This document shows, one piece after another, positions 10,784 to 25,022 of a stretch of 64,000 nt of DNA; within the stretch, counting starts at the first letter, position 1, and every line of letters begins with the position of its first letter. Location of the stretch: contig NC_057728.1 of the NCBI RefSeq assembly GCF_004010195.1, positions 50,040,892 through 50,104,891 on the forward strand, in the 5' to 3' direction. Position numbers and translations under genes: made by a program. The notes beneath the pieces were generated by a model. The model did no database searches, was not told where the DNA came from, and saw nothing but the letters and a program-made list of their open reading frames with translations. Source of the DNA: Chiloscyllium plagiosum. Taxonomy: Eukaryota.

Positions 10784-13189
10784 TGATGCCAAGCTGTTTT
10801 AGTGGGCATGTTGAATTCAATCTCTGGGTCGTTCGCTAGGTGTAGCCAGCTCAGGTAAAACCAGCAGATTCCCTTCCCTTCCCTAAAGGACAACAGCGAA
10901 GCAGACAGAAACTAGCAGAACTGTAGATGCTGTAAATCAGAACCAAAACCAGAAATTGCTGGAAAAGCTCTAGCAGCATCTGTGAAGAGAGATCAGCGTT
11001 AACATTATGGGTTGAGTGACTCTTCCTCAGAAGAGTTCTGTGATCGCTCTCCACAGATGCTGCCAGACCTGCCGAGAGATATTTTTTTATTAATGGTTTT
11101 ACAGCCACAATTACTAAGACTAGCTTCAAATTTCAGATTTTATTAATTGCACTTAAATTCCCAAACACTGCCATAATGGGATTTGAACCATGTCTCTATA
11201 GCATTAGCCTGGGCTTATGGATTACAGGTCCATTGATATTCCCAATGTTCCATCTTCTCCCCCAACTATTGGTCACTAGTTAGCTCTCAACTGCTCTTCA
11301 AACAGTAAATTGCAAATATCTGAGGGAGCTGATGGAGCCTTATTTAATACTGTTCCTGAAAGATGACAGAAAATCCTTTCCTTGGTCCTGCACACCAATT
11401 ATCAGTCTAGATTATATTTTTAAATCTCTCGAAAGGGTCTTAAGCCTCCATGACCCTGAGACACAAATTTGAGAGTGTGAGCCATGGCTGACTCTGTAAA
11501 AAGGATTTTTCCTGTGCGACCATTCCTCTGTCACACAGAGTAAGGGTTGAACAGAGGGAAGTTTGAACCGGGAGCTAAGTGTGTTAGAATCTTTAAAGTT
11601 TTCTGTAGTTCTGTTACTGAGCCGGTGGGTGGTGAAATGTACAACTTCACCTGAAGCCATTACTTCTAGTAGCAGAGAAGTTGTTGGAGGTTTGGTGTGA
11701 CCATGCACTACCAGCAGCACATTTCTCAGCATGGGATTCATTGTAATATGGTCTGTGATATCATTGAGAGGGGAACAATTTTGAGAAGGTAAGTTTTATT
11801 TTTATAAAAATGTATAAGGGCAGTAATCCAACATGGCAATGGAATAGTAGGAGGCCATTCAGCGTTTAGATCAGAGTGGTGCTGGGAAAGCGCAGCAGGT
11901 CAGGCAGGACCATTCAGCCCCTTGAGACTGTTCCAGCATTCAGTCAGATCAATGCCACTGTACATCTTCATATTATCACCCAGCCAAATGCCAACCATCT
12001 TAGTCTTGAAAGTTCTGATTCTTCCCATTATCCACACCTTTTTTTGGGAGAGAGAATTCCTGGCGTCAGTGTGCACAGTGCTCCTGATTTCACTTGTGAA
12101 CAGCCAGGCTGTATTTGAAAGGTTGTTATCTATTTTGCTGCCCTGTTCTGCTCCAGAGGCAATAGTTTCTCTCTATCTACCCAATCACATCCGTTTATCA
12201 TTTCAAACACCTTGGGTTGGTTGCCTTTTATTCTTCCAAATTCAAGGGAATACAAGTTAGGTTTCCGTAGGCTGTCCTCCTTATTGAACCGTTTAAGCTA
12301 CAGTATCGGTATCTCTTATGGCTATAAGTGCTTTTGCAGTAATTATAACAAGGGGCAGAACTGGGAGATTTAAAATTTGGTTGGCACTGGTTTAACGTTC
12401 TATTCTTGATTGTTATGAAATTATTTTTCATTTGCAATGCAACATCAGAGAAGGTAACCTATATTTCTAAATTCTTTCACCATTCAAATATTGGCCAGAG
12501 TGAAGGGGTGAATTTCCCTGCTGTTCTTTGACGTAACGCCTTGGCACCTTTTGCATGCCCCAGGCCTCGTAGACAGTGCCCAGTCTAAGATCTTGTGAGA
12601 AAGCTGGCACCTCTATTAATGCGGCACTCCCTGGTGGTCCACTGGGAGTCGATATGGATTTAGGTTGAGATCAGCAATTTGTGAGTGTTCACTCCAAAGG
12701 AATTAAGGGAGATGGGGGCTGGGTTGGAAAATTCAGTCTTGTTATTTAAATATTGTGGGCCTTTTGTAGAGGGTCAGCTGTGTCTCAGTCATCCCGAGGG
12801 GCAAAACCAAAACAGCAGCTCTGCCAACTTCTGCCTCTCTTCTGTGTTTATGTTTATGCCCGAGCACGTAGAGCACGTAGTGTCCATCAATGCTCTTGAT
12901 GCTATTAGGTGGGCAGCATGGGGGACACAATGCTTTATTTCCTTTCCAACTCCATGTTGATTTAGTGCCCCCCTACCTCCCCCTCACTTTTGACAGTTCA
13001 TATTGCCCTTAAGAGGCTTTGAGTGTAAATATTGAATTGGCTACTCAGATGGTTAGCCGTTTAACAAAAAATAACGGCAAAAACAAGCCCCTAATCTAAA
13101 AGTCACCTGTAGACTTGTTTATGTAGGGGTGGCATCTTGGAGGGATCTTGGTGGTGCCGTGGGAGTGTCCCTACCTCTGAGGTAGGAGG

Positions 13190-13321
13190 AGGTGAGGACT
13201 GCAGATGTTGGAGATCAGAGCTTAAAAATGTGTTGCTGGAAAAGCGCAGCAGGTCAGGCAGCATCAAAGGAGAAGGATGCTGCCTGACCTGCTGCGCTTT
13301 TCCAGCAACACATTTTTAAGT
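13190..13321. mobile_element. PLE pLTR-derived palindromic mini-insert
   Basis: Inverted arms; 14-bp direct repeat TCTGAGGTAGGAGG at 13176-13189 and 13322-13335. Confidence 0.8.
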
Positions 13322-14239
13322 TCTGAGGTAGGAGGCCCAGGTTTAAGCCCACCTGCTCCAGAGATGTGCAATAATATCAAAAAAGAGAAAATGCTGGAAA
13401 ATCTCAGCAAGTCTGGCAGCATCTGTAAGGAGAGAAAAGAGCTGACGTTTCAAGTCTAACTGACCCTTTGTCAAAGCTTTTATGCAGTGTGTAATAATAT
13501 CGCCAGACAGACTGCTCAGAAAATGTCCGAAGAAAGCAACCTTTAATTTCCAAAGGATAGTGGAATTTTGACAAGTCTAGCAGCTTCATGGTCGCTTGTA
13601 ATGAAACCAGTTTTCTTTTAGATATGGAATTTTTTTAAGAAAAACTGGAATCCTTGTACTGCCAAATTCTTCGACCGCTAAAGTTGAGATTTAAACTTGG
13701 TTTTTAAGAAGAGCATAGGAAAAAGGAACAGGAGTGGACCATACACAAAAGAAATTGCGTTTTTTTAAACAGAATCCAAGTCCACACTTCTTGTAACAGT
13801 TTTATTTCAGTTAACTACAGTTCCTCCCCCTACTGATTACTAGCTTCCAATATATATACAACTAATTCTCACCCAATGAACCTTAAATTAATATATCCAT
13901 CAGCTTTTCCCTTGTTCCATTATTTCTTAGGCATCTTGTCCGAATTTGGTGAAGAACAATACAGACCCTTAAGCCTGCTCTGCCATTCAATACAATTATT
14001 AGTCATCCACTTTACCACCTAACTCCCATTTCCCTTAATTCCCTTAATCTTAGTGATGAATATACTCAACAATAGACCACAGTAGCTCCTTGGGGTAGCG
14101 AGTTCCAAAGATTCACAATTTGTTAAGTGAAGGAAGGAACCAGAGAATGTTGAAGTCAAAATGTTCAATCTGGGAGAATGAACTTTAGTGATTTAGAAAA
14201 GACCTAGCCCAGGGTGTTACTGGGTCAAACTTCAGTGTT

Positions 14240-14690
14240 ACTGGAACCCAGACCTTGGAGTGCAGGTTCATAGCTCCTTGAAAGTGGAGTCGCAGGTAAA
14301 TAGGATAGGGAAGGAAGCATTTGGTATGATTTCCTTTATTGGTCAGAGTATTGAGTACAAGATTTGGGGCTGTACAGGACATTGGTTAGGCCACTGTTGG
14401 AATATTGCATGCAATTCTGGTCTCCTTCCCATAGGAAAGATGTTGTGAAACTTGAAAGGGTTCAGAAAAGATTTACAAGGATGTTGCCAGGGTTGGAGGA
14501 TTTGAGCTATAGGGAGAGACTGAACAGGCTGGGGCTGTTTTCCCTGGAGCATCGGAGGCTGAGGGGATATGGGCCAGGTGCTGGCAGGTGGGACTAGATT
14601 GGGTTGGGATATCTGATCGGCATGGGCAGGTTGGACCGAAGGGTCTGTTTCCATGCTCTACATCTCTATGACTCTATCTATGACTCTATG
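14240..14690 (+). mobile_element. CR1/HER1 LINE 3' fragment
   Basis: Reads [19 protein letters not shown]...[31 protein letters not shown], with a (CTATGACT)n tail. Confidence 0.9.
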
Positions 14691-14939
14691 ACAGCATTGT
14701 CAGTCTATCTACAGAACATGGACTGCTGCAGTTCAGGAAAGCAGTTCATCACTACCTTCGCAAGGGCAACTAGGAATGGCAATAAAAGCTGTCCCAGCCA
14801 GCATACACCATGAATGAATAAAAAATACGCAAGGTCACATTAGTATCATCGTGCTGAAATTAAAGAATGAATATTGAGTAAGTACTCAGCTAAAAAAAGA
14901 GATGGGCCTATTTAAAATCCAAAGTGAAATCCTCATGTC

Positions 14940-15295
14940 AGGCATTGGTCTTTTGGTATTATCACTAGACCATTAATCCAGAGGTCCAGATAATGTTCTG
15001 GGGACCTAGGTTTGAATCCTATCTTGGCAGATGGTGCAATTTGAATCCAATAAAAATCTGGAATTAAGAATCTTATGATAACCATGAATCCATTGCCAAT
15101 TGTCAGGAAACATGTGTGGTTCACTAATATCCTTTAGGGAAGGAAACTGCCATCCTTACCTGGTCTGACTTGCATGTGACTCCAGACCCACAGCAATATG
15201 GTTGACACTCAACTGCCCTCTGAGTAATTGGGGATGGACGATAGATACTGGCCTAGCCAGCAATACCATATCCCATGAACACAAATGAAAAAAAA
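14940..15295 (+). mobile_element. tRNA-headed SINE (family with AATCTGGAATTAAG / CATGTGACTCCAGACCCACAGCAAT body)
   Basis: Further copies at ~20590-20940, 24040-24390 (-), 24600-25540, 32715-33040, 41245-41610, 42720-43050, 43905-44200 (-) and 60160-60680 (-). Confidence 0.75.
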
Positions 15296-15496
15296 GCCTA
15301 TTATTTAATTTGCCTTCACAGACATGTAGGTTATACAATTGGAGGAAAGAAATTAGGATATTATTAGAGAAAATTGCTAAAACTAAAACTAATATTGATC
15401 CAGGTGGTCTCTTAAAATAAGTCAAAGTAGAAATAGTTGGAAGTATTAGTGACAGTAAGTATGTGAAGTTAGCTCGCTGAGCTGGAAGGTTTGTTT

Positions 15497-15536
15497 TCAG
15501 ATGTTTCGTCACCATACTAGGTAACATCATCAGTGA
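15497..15536 (-). ncRNA. Minimal hammerhead ribozyme-like motif (different PLE family), sense to SYT10 pre-mRNA (intron 6)
   Basis: Minus strand reads TCA-CTGATGA-T-GTTACC-TAGTAT-GGTGAC-GAAA-CATC-TGA, giving helix I TCA/TGA and a 6-bp helix II. A sister copy at ~27560-27598 retains ACGTC. Confidence 0.6.
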
Positions 15537-17682
15537 GAGTCTCCAGTGAAGCATTGCTGCTATGCCCCACCTCTCTATTTATAGGTTTTGGTTTCTTAAG
15601 GTGGGTGATGTCACTTCCAGTTCTTTTTTCCAAGGATCAGTCTTCCAACACATTGAACACAGGGGTGGTGATAGAGGACTGGAGCTTTACTCATGTTATA
15701 CATTACACAACAAAGAGGAGAGGGAGAAACCACAAAGCTACAGGCCAGTCAGCCATCAGTGATGGTGATGTTAATGCAAACCACTGCCAGCAACAAAATA
15801 AATGCAACTGGAAAGGCATGGGCTTCTCAAAACAAAAGACATAGATTTGTTAATAGTTCCTTATATCTAATTCTTACATGACATTACAGGGAAGGTTGAT
15901 CACAGTAACACAGTAGATGGTGCATACATGGACTTTCAGAATGCCACATTATTAAGTTAAAAACTCATACAATTAAGGGGAAGTGATAGAATGAAGACAG
16001 AATTTGACTTAGGAAGCAAAGGAAAGTGGTAACGGATGGGTTTCAGGTAACAGTAAAGCTTTGTAATGGTTACTCCACCCACCTCACCTTAACGGTCTGC
16101 TTTCAGCCTCTTTCTCCCAACAATGTTTGTAAATGAGCGACAATCAGATAGAGGGAGCAGCATGATAAGGTTCACAGATGATGTAAAATATGGGGAAGTC
16201 ATGGATCAGATGATAGATGTAATATGCTAAGGGCAGCATGCTAATGGTCAGAAGTATTGCAGGCGAATTTTTACACGGAGGGGTATGAGGTGATGCACTT
16301 TGAGAAGATGAGTGTGGAGACACAACACGTGAGAAATGGCATGACTTTGTAAAGTGATGATGAGACCGAGACCTCGGTAACCATACATATGAGCTCTCTC
16401 AAAGTAATTGTAAGACAAGGTTCCCCAGTCCACAGTTCTACAAGAAGCCTCCGAAAATCAGGATTTTCTTTGAAACATCCTGTTGAGGAAGGTGTGCAAA
16501 TTTCAGACGTCTGTTGTTCAATTACGCCAGTGTGCACATACCAGACAGAGATTTGATTGCAGAGGACACCACCAGTGGGGCCCAGAGAGTCTGAATACTT
16601 TGTCAAGTCAGCCCCGTGAAGTCCCATTGTTGCCTGAAGTGCAGATTACTGCTGTTGTGATGGTCTCGGAAATTGCAGGCTGCTTGGATCTTGAGACCTT
16701 TGACTGGGGCTTGCTTGGTAATCTATCTTAATTAAGAGCGTTATAGATTGTTCTGTTAATCATTAACCTCAAATGCTAACTCACAGTAATGCTGCCCAAA
16801 ATCAATCTTAGTGTTAAAATTGTGCATTGATTGCCACTATAATCACAATAGTATTTTTGAACAGATAGTTGTTGCTTTTTAACCTCAATTTAAAACTGTG
16901 ACATTTACAAATACAGTTAGCAAGTTGCAATTTTTAGTACAAATTAGTCACTTGCGGATATTTCAATGCCTTCATCACTACAGTGATTCACAGCTTCTCG
17001 GATCGTGCCACTGCCACACAGGAAGGACAGGCAGCTTCATCAAGCAGACTGCATCCACAAGCCTGGTATCTTACTCAGACAACTGCTCAAATTTTAATCC
17101 TGCGCACACCTACAGCAGGACTGAGCCCTCTCTGCAGTCTGACTACTTTGGGCAAAGAGCCATCAGTCAGATGGGATACCCTCTGACCACTTGGCTCACT
17201 CACTAACGTCACAAACCAAGGATCCCAGGCTGATAAAGCTGAACTCCTGGGCTGGTGGGGCTGAATACACCACCACAAACGCCTGTAGATGTTGGTGATC
17301 TGAAATAAAAGCAAAACGTGCTGGAGAAACTCAGCAGGTCTGGCAGCCTCTGTGCAGAGAGAAACAGAGTAATGTGAGTCCAATATGACTGTAACAGTAA
17401 TTAAGTATGATTTTAAAAAGCAGACTTCTATAGCAAAAAGGCAAGCTCCTGCAATAAGGCGCATTTTAGAAGCATGAACCTTGAACACTCTAAGTGACCA
17501 TCTCAGCAGAAAAGATTGGAACCTTATCCATCCTAAAGCCTGTACCAGCCTTGAACATAAACTAGAGGATAGGCTGATTCCTGCAGACAGGCCAGCAGAA
17601 GGACCTAGGTGGAAACCTTCTGTCTATTGTGGAAGAATGAAATGTAAACAATGTATGCTTTGAAAATATATTGGAAAGATGT

Positions 17683-17880
17683 CAGAAATTGCTAGAAAAG
17701 CTCAGCAGGTCTGGCAGCATGTATGGAGAGAAATCAGAGTTAACATTTCAGGTCAACTGACCCCAAAAGGGTCACTTCACCTGAAACGTTAACTCTGATT
17801 TCTCTACAGATGATGCCAGACCTGCTGAGCTTTTCCAGCAATTTCTGATTTTGTTTCTGATTTACAGCATCTGCAGTTTT
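17683..17880. mobile_element. Palindromic insert of a second PLE terminal family
   Basis: Inverted arms AGAAATTGCT.GAAAAGCTCAGCAGGTCTGGCAGCAT... / ...TGCCAGACCTGCTGAGCTTTTCCAGCAATTTCTG. Related copies at ~10920-11075, ~13383-13470 and ~17285-17390. Confidence 0.7.
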
Positions 17881-18380
17881 CAGATTTCATTGGATAGATG
17901 TCAGACTAAGTGATGAAACACAGCCACGTCAGAGCATTAGAGAGAACTCTGTTTAGCCACTGTAAGTTAGTTGCATACTCGAGTCCTCCTATGGTATGGA
18001 TAAAGAGAATAACCATAACATGGCTAAGTTATTACTTCCTTAATTCTGGGTTCCAGCATTTTCTCAACAGCTGTTTTCAGGCTAACTGTTGGGAAGCTCC
18101 CTGTTTTCTCCCTCCTTCCCTTCCTCCTTCCTCCTTCCATGGCTGCATTATATTTGCTAGGAGATAGTGAGGCCAGCAGACGCTGGAGAGCCAGAGTTGA
18201 TAAAGCGTGGCACTGGAAAAGCACAGCAGGTCAGGCAGCATCTGAGGAGTAAGAGAGTCAATGTTTTGGGCAGGACCTTTCTTCAGGACTGGGTTATATT
18301 TGCTACCTTTCCACCCACTGGGACTGTTTCAGAATCTAGGGAAATTAGAAAGATCATAACCAGCACATAACACTATTACT

Positions 18381-18608
18381 CCAGCATCTGCAGTCCTCAC
18401 TTTCTCCTCGAAGATTTTAACCTACTGTGAATCCTCTTGCAAGGATGCCTCCCTTGAAGAAGCTCTCTTCCTCCCTCTACAAGGATTGAAGGGCTCATGC
18501 CCGAAACGTCGATTCTCCTGCTCCTTTGATGCTGCCTGACCTGCTGCGCTTTTCCAGCAACACATTTTCAGCTCTGATCTCCAGCATCTGCAGTCCTCAT
18601 TTTCTCCC
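18381..18608 (+). mobile_element. PLE pLTR partial-tandem mini-insert
   Basis: Two direct copies of the terminal CCAGCATCTGCAGTCCTCA; 15-bp direct repeat CATAACACTATTACT at 18366-18380 and 18609-18623. Confidence 0.85.
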
Positions 18609-21600
18609 CATAACACTATTACTGCAACATCTTCCTTAGAAATTTGTTTTCCCGTGCTTATGTCTCTCCAACCACTACATTTGCGTCAAACTATCTGTCT
18701 TTTGTTCGTCTTATGTGTGAATGACTGAGTCTGTGCATTTGGTGTTTAAGGGTTATATTTTAAGTTGCATAATTAGTAATCATTTCCTTTCCCTGCTATT
18801 TGTTAAAGAATGTTTGTTTACAATAGAGTCATTTTCCTGTGAATAATGAAACCTGGCATAAATCAGTTTTGTCCTGAATAGCAGTCAGTCACACAACTGG
18901 TCACCTTGTTATTTTAATTAGATATTTACACAGTTGTAAAGGCTTTTTCAACAACAGGGCCTCAAGTGACAGCAAATTCTTCCCAATGCAGTCATAATAT
19001 CTTTTCTTGTATGGGTTACTAACGGCAACACAACTCTCCACTCCACGTTCTGCTTTTGAAATGATAATGCTGTGTTAACCAGTTATTTTATCTTCCTACA
19101 ACTTGGGAAAATAAAACACTTCATATTATAGCTCAGAAACGGCAGGTTTAGTCAGACTATGTAGCTCTCGTCCCCCTGATCTCTGGGGTTTTCTTAAACG
19201 TCCTTTAATTGGCAATCATTTACAGATTCCAATGGTATTTGAACAGATTGGGCCTCCATTTGATGCTACAGATAGAAAATGAAATTGAAATTGTACATTC
19301 AATGAATGTTTAACAACCTGAACACACATTAGGTTCAGAAAGGATTGTTAAGGGACACAGGCTTCAAAGTCTCCCTGCTCTATTTCAGGCTGTTATGTCA
19401 CATAGCAGTAATCACTGCTCCTTTTAATATTTGGGAACTGAAATTGCAGTGAGAATTTCTGATCCTTCCTCGATGCATTGACATTTCCTTTTCCACTCAT
19501 CTCCAGGTGAGCAAAATCTACTTAGGTGATCGCTTCCAGTATCTACAAAACATACCTGAAACCATGAATCCTCACATTTTTTGTAATAGAGTTCCAAAAT
19601 AATTGTCTAGTTAGCACATTCCAGGATCAAAATTAGAGAGCAAATTCAGGCATAAAGCTAATAAGTTCAGCAACCATCAATTTATAAACTGGAAATGTAA
19701 TTTCTGATAATGAGAAATCACTTTGTCCCAGTGTGCGAGTTCCATACTAGTAGACAGACCACCCTTCCCAATTTATAGTCATGAGCAAAGGCATCAGTCT
19801 AGGCAGCAATTGAAGGCAAGTGGATCAGGGTGCTGAGACTACAAGCATGAAAAGGAAAATTTCCCTGTCTGCAAAGTCAAGAACCAGGGGGCACTATTTT
19901 AAAAAAACAAAGGGAGTTCCACTAATTCTAAGATAAGGAGAAATTGTCTTGTTCAGATGGTTGTGAACCTTTGGCATTTTCCACCAAGAGGCTGTGGAAG
20001 CTCAGTCTCTGAGTGTGTTTAAAGTAGAGATCCATAGATTTCTGAACATCAGTGAGATACAGAGTTAGGGGATGGGGCGAGTAAAAGGCATTGAAGTTTT
20101 GATCAGCCATGATCGTACTGAATGGTGGGGCAGACTTGTTAGGCTGAATGGCCTACTACTATTGCTATGAGAAAGTGAGACGCTGGAGATCAGAGTCGGA
20201 AGTGTGATGCTGGAAGAGCACAGCCGGTCAGGCAGCATCTGAGGAGCAGGAGAATCGACATTTTGGGCATAAGCCCTTCATCAGGAATGTGTCAGGAACT
20301 CCTGCTGCTATTTTCAATTCACCCTCAAATTCTTTAAATATTTCACTTTCCTCAAAGGATGTGTCTTTTCCTGACTGGCTTATTCCTTTGATGAAAGCTG
20401 TGAATGGAGGCTGTCAATGATATGGTGTCATTTTGTTCTGATCCTATTCTCTCTTTCAGTGTGGGGGGCAAATGTATTACAGACTTGTTCGGGGGGCATT
20501 AAGAGCAAGTTGCACAAACAAAGCCAGTGATGTCAAAACCTCTGACAACATACCAAAATTGCTAAATGCTTTTAAAATTAAAATGCTGTCACCAAGTGGT
20601 ATAGTGGTAAAATCATGGCACTGAAAACACAAAGGCCCAGGCTAATGCTCAGAGGACATCAGTTCAAATCTCACCTTGGCAGCTCATGGAAATTAAGCTC
20701 AATGAATAAATCTGGCTTTGAAAATTAGTCTCAGTGATGTTGACCTTAAAACGATCATCAATTGTCATTAAAAGAAAACACTGCATCCGTTTCAGGAGAA
20801 TAATCTGCTACCCTTAACAGGTCTGGTCTACATTTGACTGGATATCTACAATGAAAGGTTGACTCTCAGTCAAGAGGAATTATGGTGTAGCAGCAAACGC
20901 TGGGCTTGCCAACAACTCCTACATCCCAAGAACAGTACATTAAATTAGTGACAGTGATCCTGTTGGATAGATTTTTAATCAGTAAGTGAATAAAGGATTA
21001 TGGGGAAATGGCAGGAAAGTGGAATTGAGGATTATCAGATCAGCCATGACCTCATTCCTGAAGAAGGGCTTATGCCCGAAACGTTGATTCTCCTGCTCCT
21101 CGGATGCTGCCTGACCTGCTGTGCTTTTCCAGCACCACTCTCTTGACTCTGATCTCCAGCATCTGCAGTCCTCACTTTCTCCTCCTTGATGAGGTGAACA
21201 CTCAACTTCTGCTGTTACATTTCATTGTCTCTTCCAGTCCAGACACTGAAGTCCTTTAATGCCGATCAGCTGTGGGCTTTAACACTCTAATCTGAAGTGT
21301 AAAACTCAATTCGTGCGCACACACAAGTGTCTGCAGTTTGCACCATATTTCCATGCCCTCTGTGACCCAGATGTCAATCTCTTTGTCATAGACAGAATTA
21401 ATCATGTACCTCATTTTCCACTTGATGAGATTTGTACAAAGTATGCAAATTAGGTGTCATGGCCTGCCATTCTTTGCGGAAGACATTATCAATCCTAGTA
21501 TCACCAACGTGGGTGTCTTGATTTGATTGTGTTTTCCATCCCTGGGGCGAATGTTAAATCTAATAAACCAAGCATGAATATTTATCCCTTAACTAACATC

Positions 21601-21879
21601 AGAAAAACACATTACCTGCTCAACACCACATTATATTTGTAGGAGCTTGCTGTGCTTACATTAGCTGCCAGATTTCCAACAGTATAACAGTGATTACACT
21701 TCAAAACGTTCGTACCTAATTGGCTGTGGGTGCTTCTGAAAAGGCACTAGGGAAATGCAAATATTTCTTTCTGAATTTTACCCCTCCACACTCCACAAAA
21801 TCTGCCCTCCAATTGTTTAAAAAAGAAGTAATACCAGTTGAGAAGCACTCAATCCCATTAGCTTCAACACACAATAATA

Positions 21880-22995
21880 TAATTCAGTACAGCAGAGGAA
21901 CAGGCTCTTCGGCCCAATAAGCCTGCGCCGATTCTAATCCTTATTTAGACACTCTACTTAGTGCCCATGCGTGATTTCTATCCCCCTGTTTGCCTCCCAC
22001 TCATGTGTCTATCAAGATACTCCTTACATGTTGCTAATGTGCCTTTTTCCACTACCTCCACCGATAGTGTGTTCCAGGCACCCACTACCCTATGGGTGAA
22101 AAGTTTTCTCTGCACTTCTCCCCCAAACTTTCCCCCTTTCACCTTGAACCTGTGCTTTGTTACATTTGTCCTTTCCACCCGGGGTAAAAGCCTCTGGTTA
22201 TCCACCCTATCCATGCCTCTCATAATTTTGGAGACTTCTATCAGGTCACCCCTCAGTCTCTGTCGTTCCAGTGAAAACAATCTGAGTTTATCCAACCTCG
22301 CCTAACAACTAAAATCCTCTAGACTAGGCAACGTTCTGTAAACCCTCTCTGCACGTTCTTCAAAGCAGAATCACATAGTCATAGAGCAGTAACAGCACAG
22401 AAACAGACCCTTCAGTCCAATGTGTCCATGCTCATCAGATATCCTAAATTAATCTAGTTTCAGTTGGACCATAAATCTTTCCTATTCATATACCCTTCCA
22501 GATGTCTTTTAAACGTTGCAATTGTGCCAGCCTCCACCACTTCCTCTGGCAGCTCATTCCACACACACACAACCCACAGCATGAAAAAGTTGTTCCTGAA
22601 GTCCCTCTTAAACCTTTCTCCTCTAACCTCAAACCTCTAGTTTTGGACTCCCCTACTCTGGGGTAAAGACCTTGCTATTCATCCTATCCATGCCCCTCAT
22701 GATTTTATTAACCTCTATTAGATCACCCCTCAGTCTCTGACACTCCAGGGAAAACAGCCCCAGCCTATTCAACCTCTCGCTATAGCACAAACTCTCCAAC
22801 ATCCTGATAAATCTTTTCTGCACCCTTTTAAGTTTCACAACACCCTTCCTATAGAAAGGAGGCTAGAATTGCCTGCAGTATTCCAAAGGTGGCAGAACCA
22901 TCCACATCCTTCCAGTAGTGTGGTGACCAGAACTGCTCGCTATATTCCAAATGTAGCCTAACTACAGTGTTATACAGCTGGAAGCTAACTTGCCA
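21880..22995 (-). mobile_element. Nested CR1 LINE 3' fragments
   Basis: ORFs 21978-22295 and 22653-22838 encode the CR1 ORF2 C-terminus (RLRGDLIEV, RVVGAWNTL); one copy interrupts another at ~22370. Confidence 0.88.
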
Positions 22996-23108
22996 GCTTG
23001 TTATGTTACAGCTGTATTAAACAGGTGGAGGCTACATTCAGGTAACTCCCTGTTTAACCAGTGAGGCATGAGCCTGAGCCAGATGAAAGCTCCAGTTGCC
23101 AGTCTTAC

Positions 23109-23238
23109 CTCTGCCAATGGGTGCCAGTGGGCAATCGGTTTGCGAGGGTATGCTAGCATTTCATTCCAGTGATCACGTCCAAGGCCTTCAGCATCTTGTC
23201 CTACACGACAAACCCCAATGACTTCATTATGACCGACG
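23109..23238 (-). CDS. SYT10: Synaptotagmin-10 coding exon 6 (end of C2B, WHxL motif)
   Basis: Encodes [43 protein letters not shown]. Acceptor CCACAG|C, donor GAG|GTAAGA; 130 nt. Confidence 0.97.
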
Positions 23239-23282
23239 CTGTGGGCGAGGAGCAAGAAACTCATTGTTATTCTGACACAAAA

Positions 23283-23826
23283 GCAGCAGCGAGGGGCAAG
23301 ACGGGGAGCAGGTAGAACCACCCATGGCCAAACACTTCAACTCTCCCTCCCACTCTGCCAAGGACATGCAGGTCCTGGGCCTCCTCCATCGCCACACCCT
23401 AACCACCCAATGCCTGGAGGAAGAACGCCTCAACTTCTGCCTCGGAAACCTCCAACCCCATGGTATCAATGTGGATTTCACTAGTTTCCTCATTTCCCTC
23501 CCCCCACCTTATCCCAGTTCCAACATCCCAACTTGGCACCGCCCTCATAACCTGTCCATCTTCCTTCCTACCTATCCGCTCCACCCTGCCTTCTGACCTA
23601 TCACTATTACCCCCAATTCCATCTACCTATCGCACTCTTAGCTACCTCCCCCCCAGCCCCAACCCCTTCCCATTTATCTCTCAGCACCCCCCACCAGCCC
23701 ACAAGCCTCATTCCTGATGAAGGGCTCTTGTCCGAAACATTGATTCTCCTGCTCCTCGGGTGCTGCATGACCTGCTGTGCTTTTCCAGCATCACAATCTC
23801 GACTCTGATCTCCAGCATCTGCAGCC
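23283..23826 (+). mobile_element. Penelope-like element 3' fragment (GIY-YIG C-terminus, C-rich 3' region, pLTR with hammerhead-like motif)
   Basis: Reads [20 protein letters not shown]...LEEERLNFCLGNLQPHGINVDF (PLE endonuclease C-terminus), then CTGATGAAGGGCTCTTGTCCGAAAC at 23714 and the terminal ...CCAGCATCTGCAG shared with the mini-inserts. Confidence 0.85.
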
Positions 23827-25022
23827 CATACTTACTCACAGAACAGAATTCACACACTACCCAGGGTTAAACAAAAAACACCCTCCTTAAATGTATATGT
23901 TTTAGGTGAACCCCTGTGTCTTTTCGACCTCAAACAGACATATTGCACCAGCGTAACTACCTTTCTTGCAGATTTATGTCAAACACAGTGTTATGAGAAC
24001 CTGCGCTTGCCATTTAAAGTTTCCCCAATCTTTTTCACTTTATCTCGCACGGACCAGGGTATCGTGGGCAAAGCTAGCATTTGTAGCCACCCCTAGCTGC
24101 CCATGAATTGATTAGCTCTCCGGAGCCATTTCAGAGGGCAGTTAAAAATCACACACATTGCTGCGAGTCTGGAGTCGCATGTAAGGCAGACTGGGTGATT
24201 TCCCTCCCTAAACGGGCATGAAAATGAATGGGTTTTGTTCAGTCTCAACTAATGAGAGCTGAGAGCTATCTGATTGCCATTTAAAAAAGTACCAATTTCA
24301 GATTTTGTATTCAATTTAAATCTCACCATCAATCGTGGTGAGATTAAAACTCAAGCTCTGGATTACTAACCAGGATCACTCTGCCATTGCCTGCCCAGCT
24401 ACTGGACAGAAAGGGTGGCATTTAAAACTCAGGAACCTCACGCTATTCACCTGGACGTTTACACCTGCCCACAACATGTAGCTACCCTCAATGTCAGTTC
24501 CACAAAGAACAGCCCAACCCAGTAAGGGACCTTGACCAACACTAGGACATTTGATGCACATCTTGTGAAGGCACAGACTGAAATTAATGGTACTTTATAA
24601 AGAGGTAGTGGTGTAGCAGAACTATTATTTGACTAAGAATTTTACCAGGCTAATGAGCTGGGAAAACATGCTCAAATCCCACTCTAACTGGATTTAACTT
24701 GTTTCTTTTATAAATCTGGATATTAAAAATAGTCTCAGTAATTGTGTCCATAATATTGTCAGTGATTGTTCTCAAAAACCCATCTGGATCACATGTCCTT
24801 CAGGGTAGGAAAATATCAAACTAGCAGCCATTCAGCCCCTCAAGCCGGCACCACCATTCCACATGACCATAGTTGGTGCTCTATCTCAATCCCATACCTA
24901 TTGATGCCTTTAAAACCCAGAAATATGTCTCTTTCTCTAATATACTTGGCCTCCACAGCCTTCTGTGGTACAGAATTGCACAGAAAATCTGCCATCCTTA
25001 CTTTGACCAAATGTGAGACTTT

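Noticed and set aside
23001..23108. Alternative C-terminus by read-through of the exon-6 donor ([10 protein letters not shown]...)
   Set aside because: The donor GAG|GTAAGA is strong and a conserved terminal exon exists at 7797-7726; nothing supports retention.
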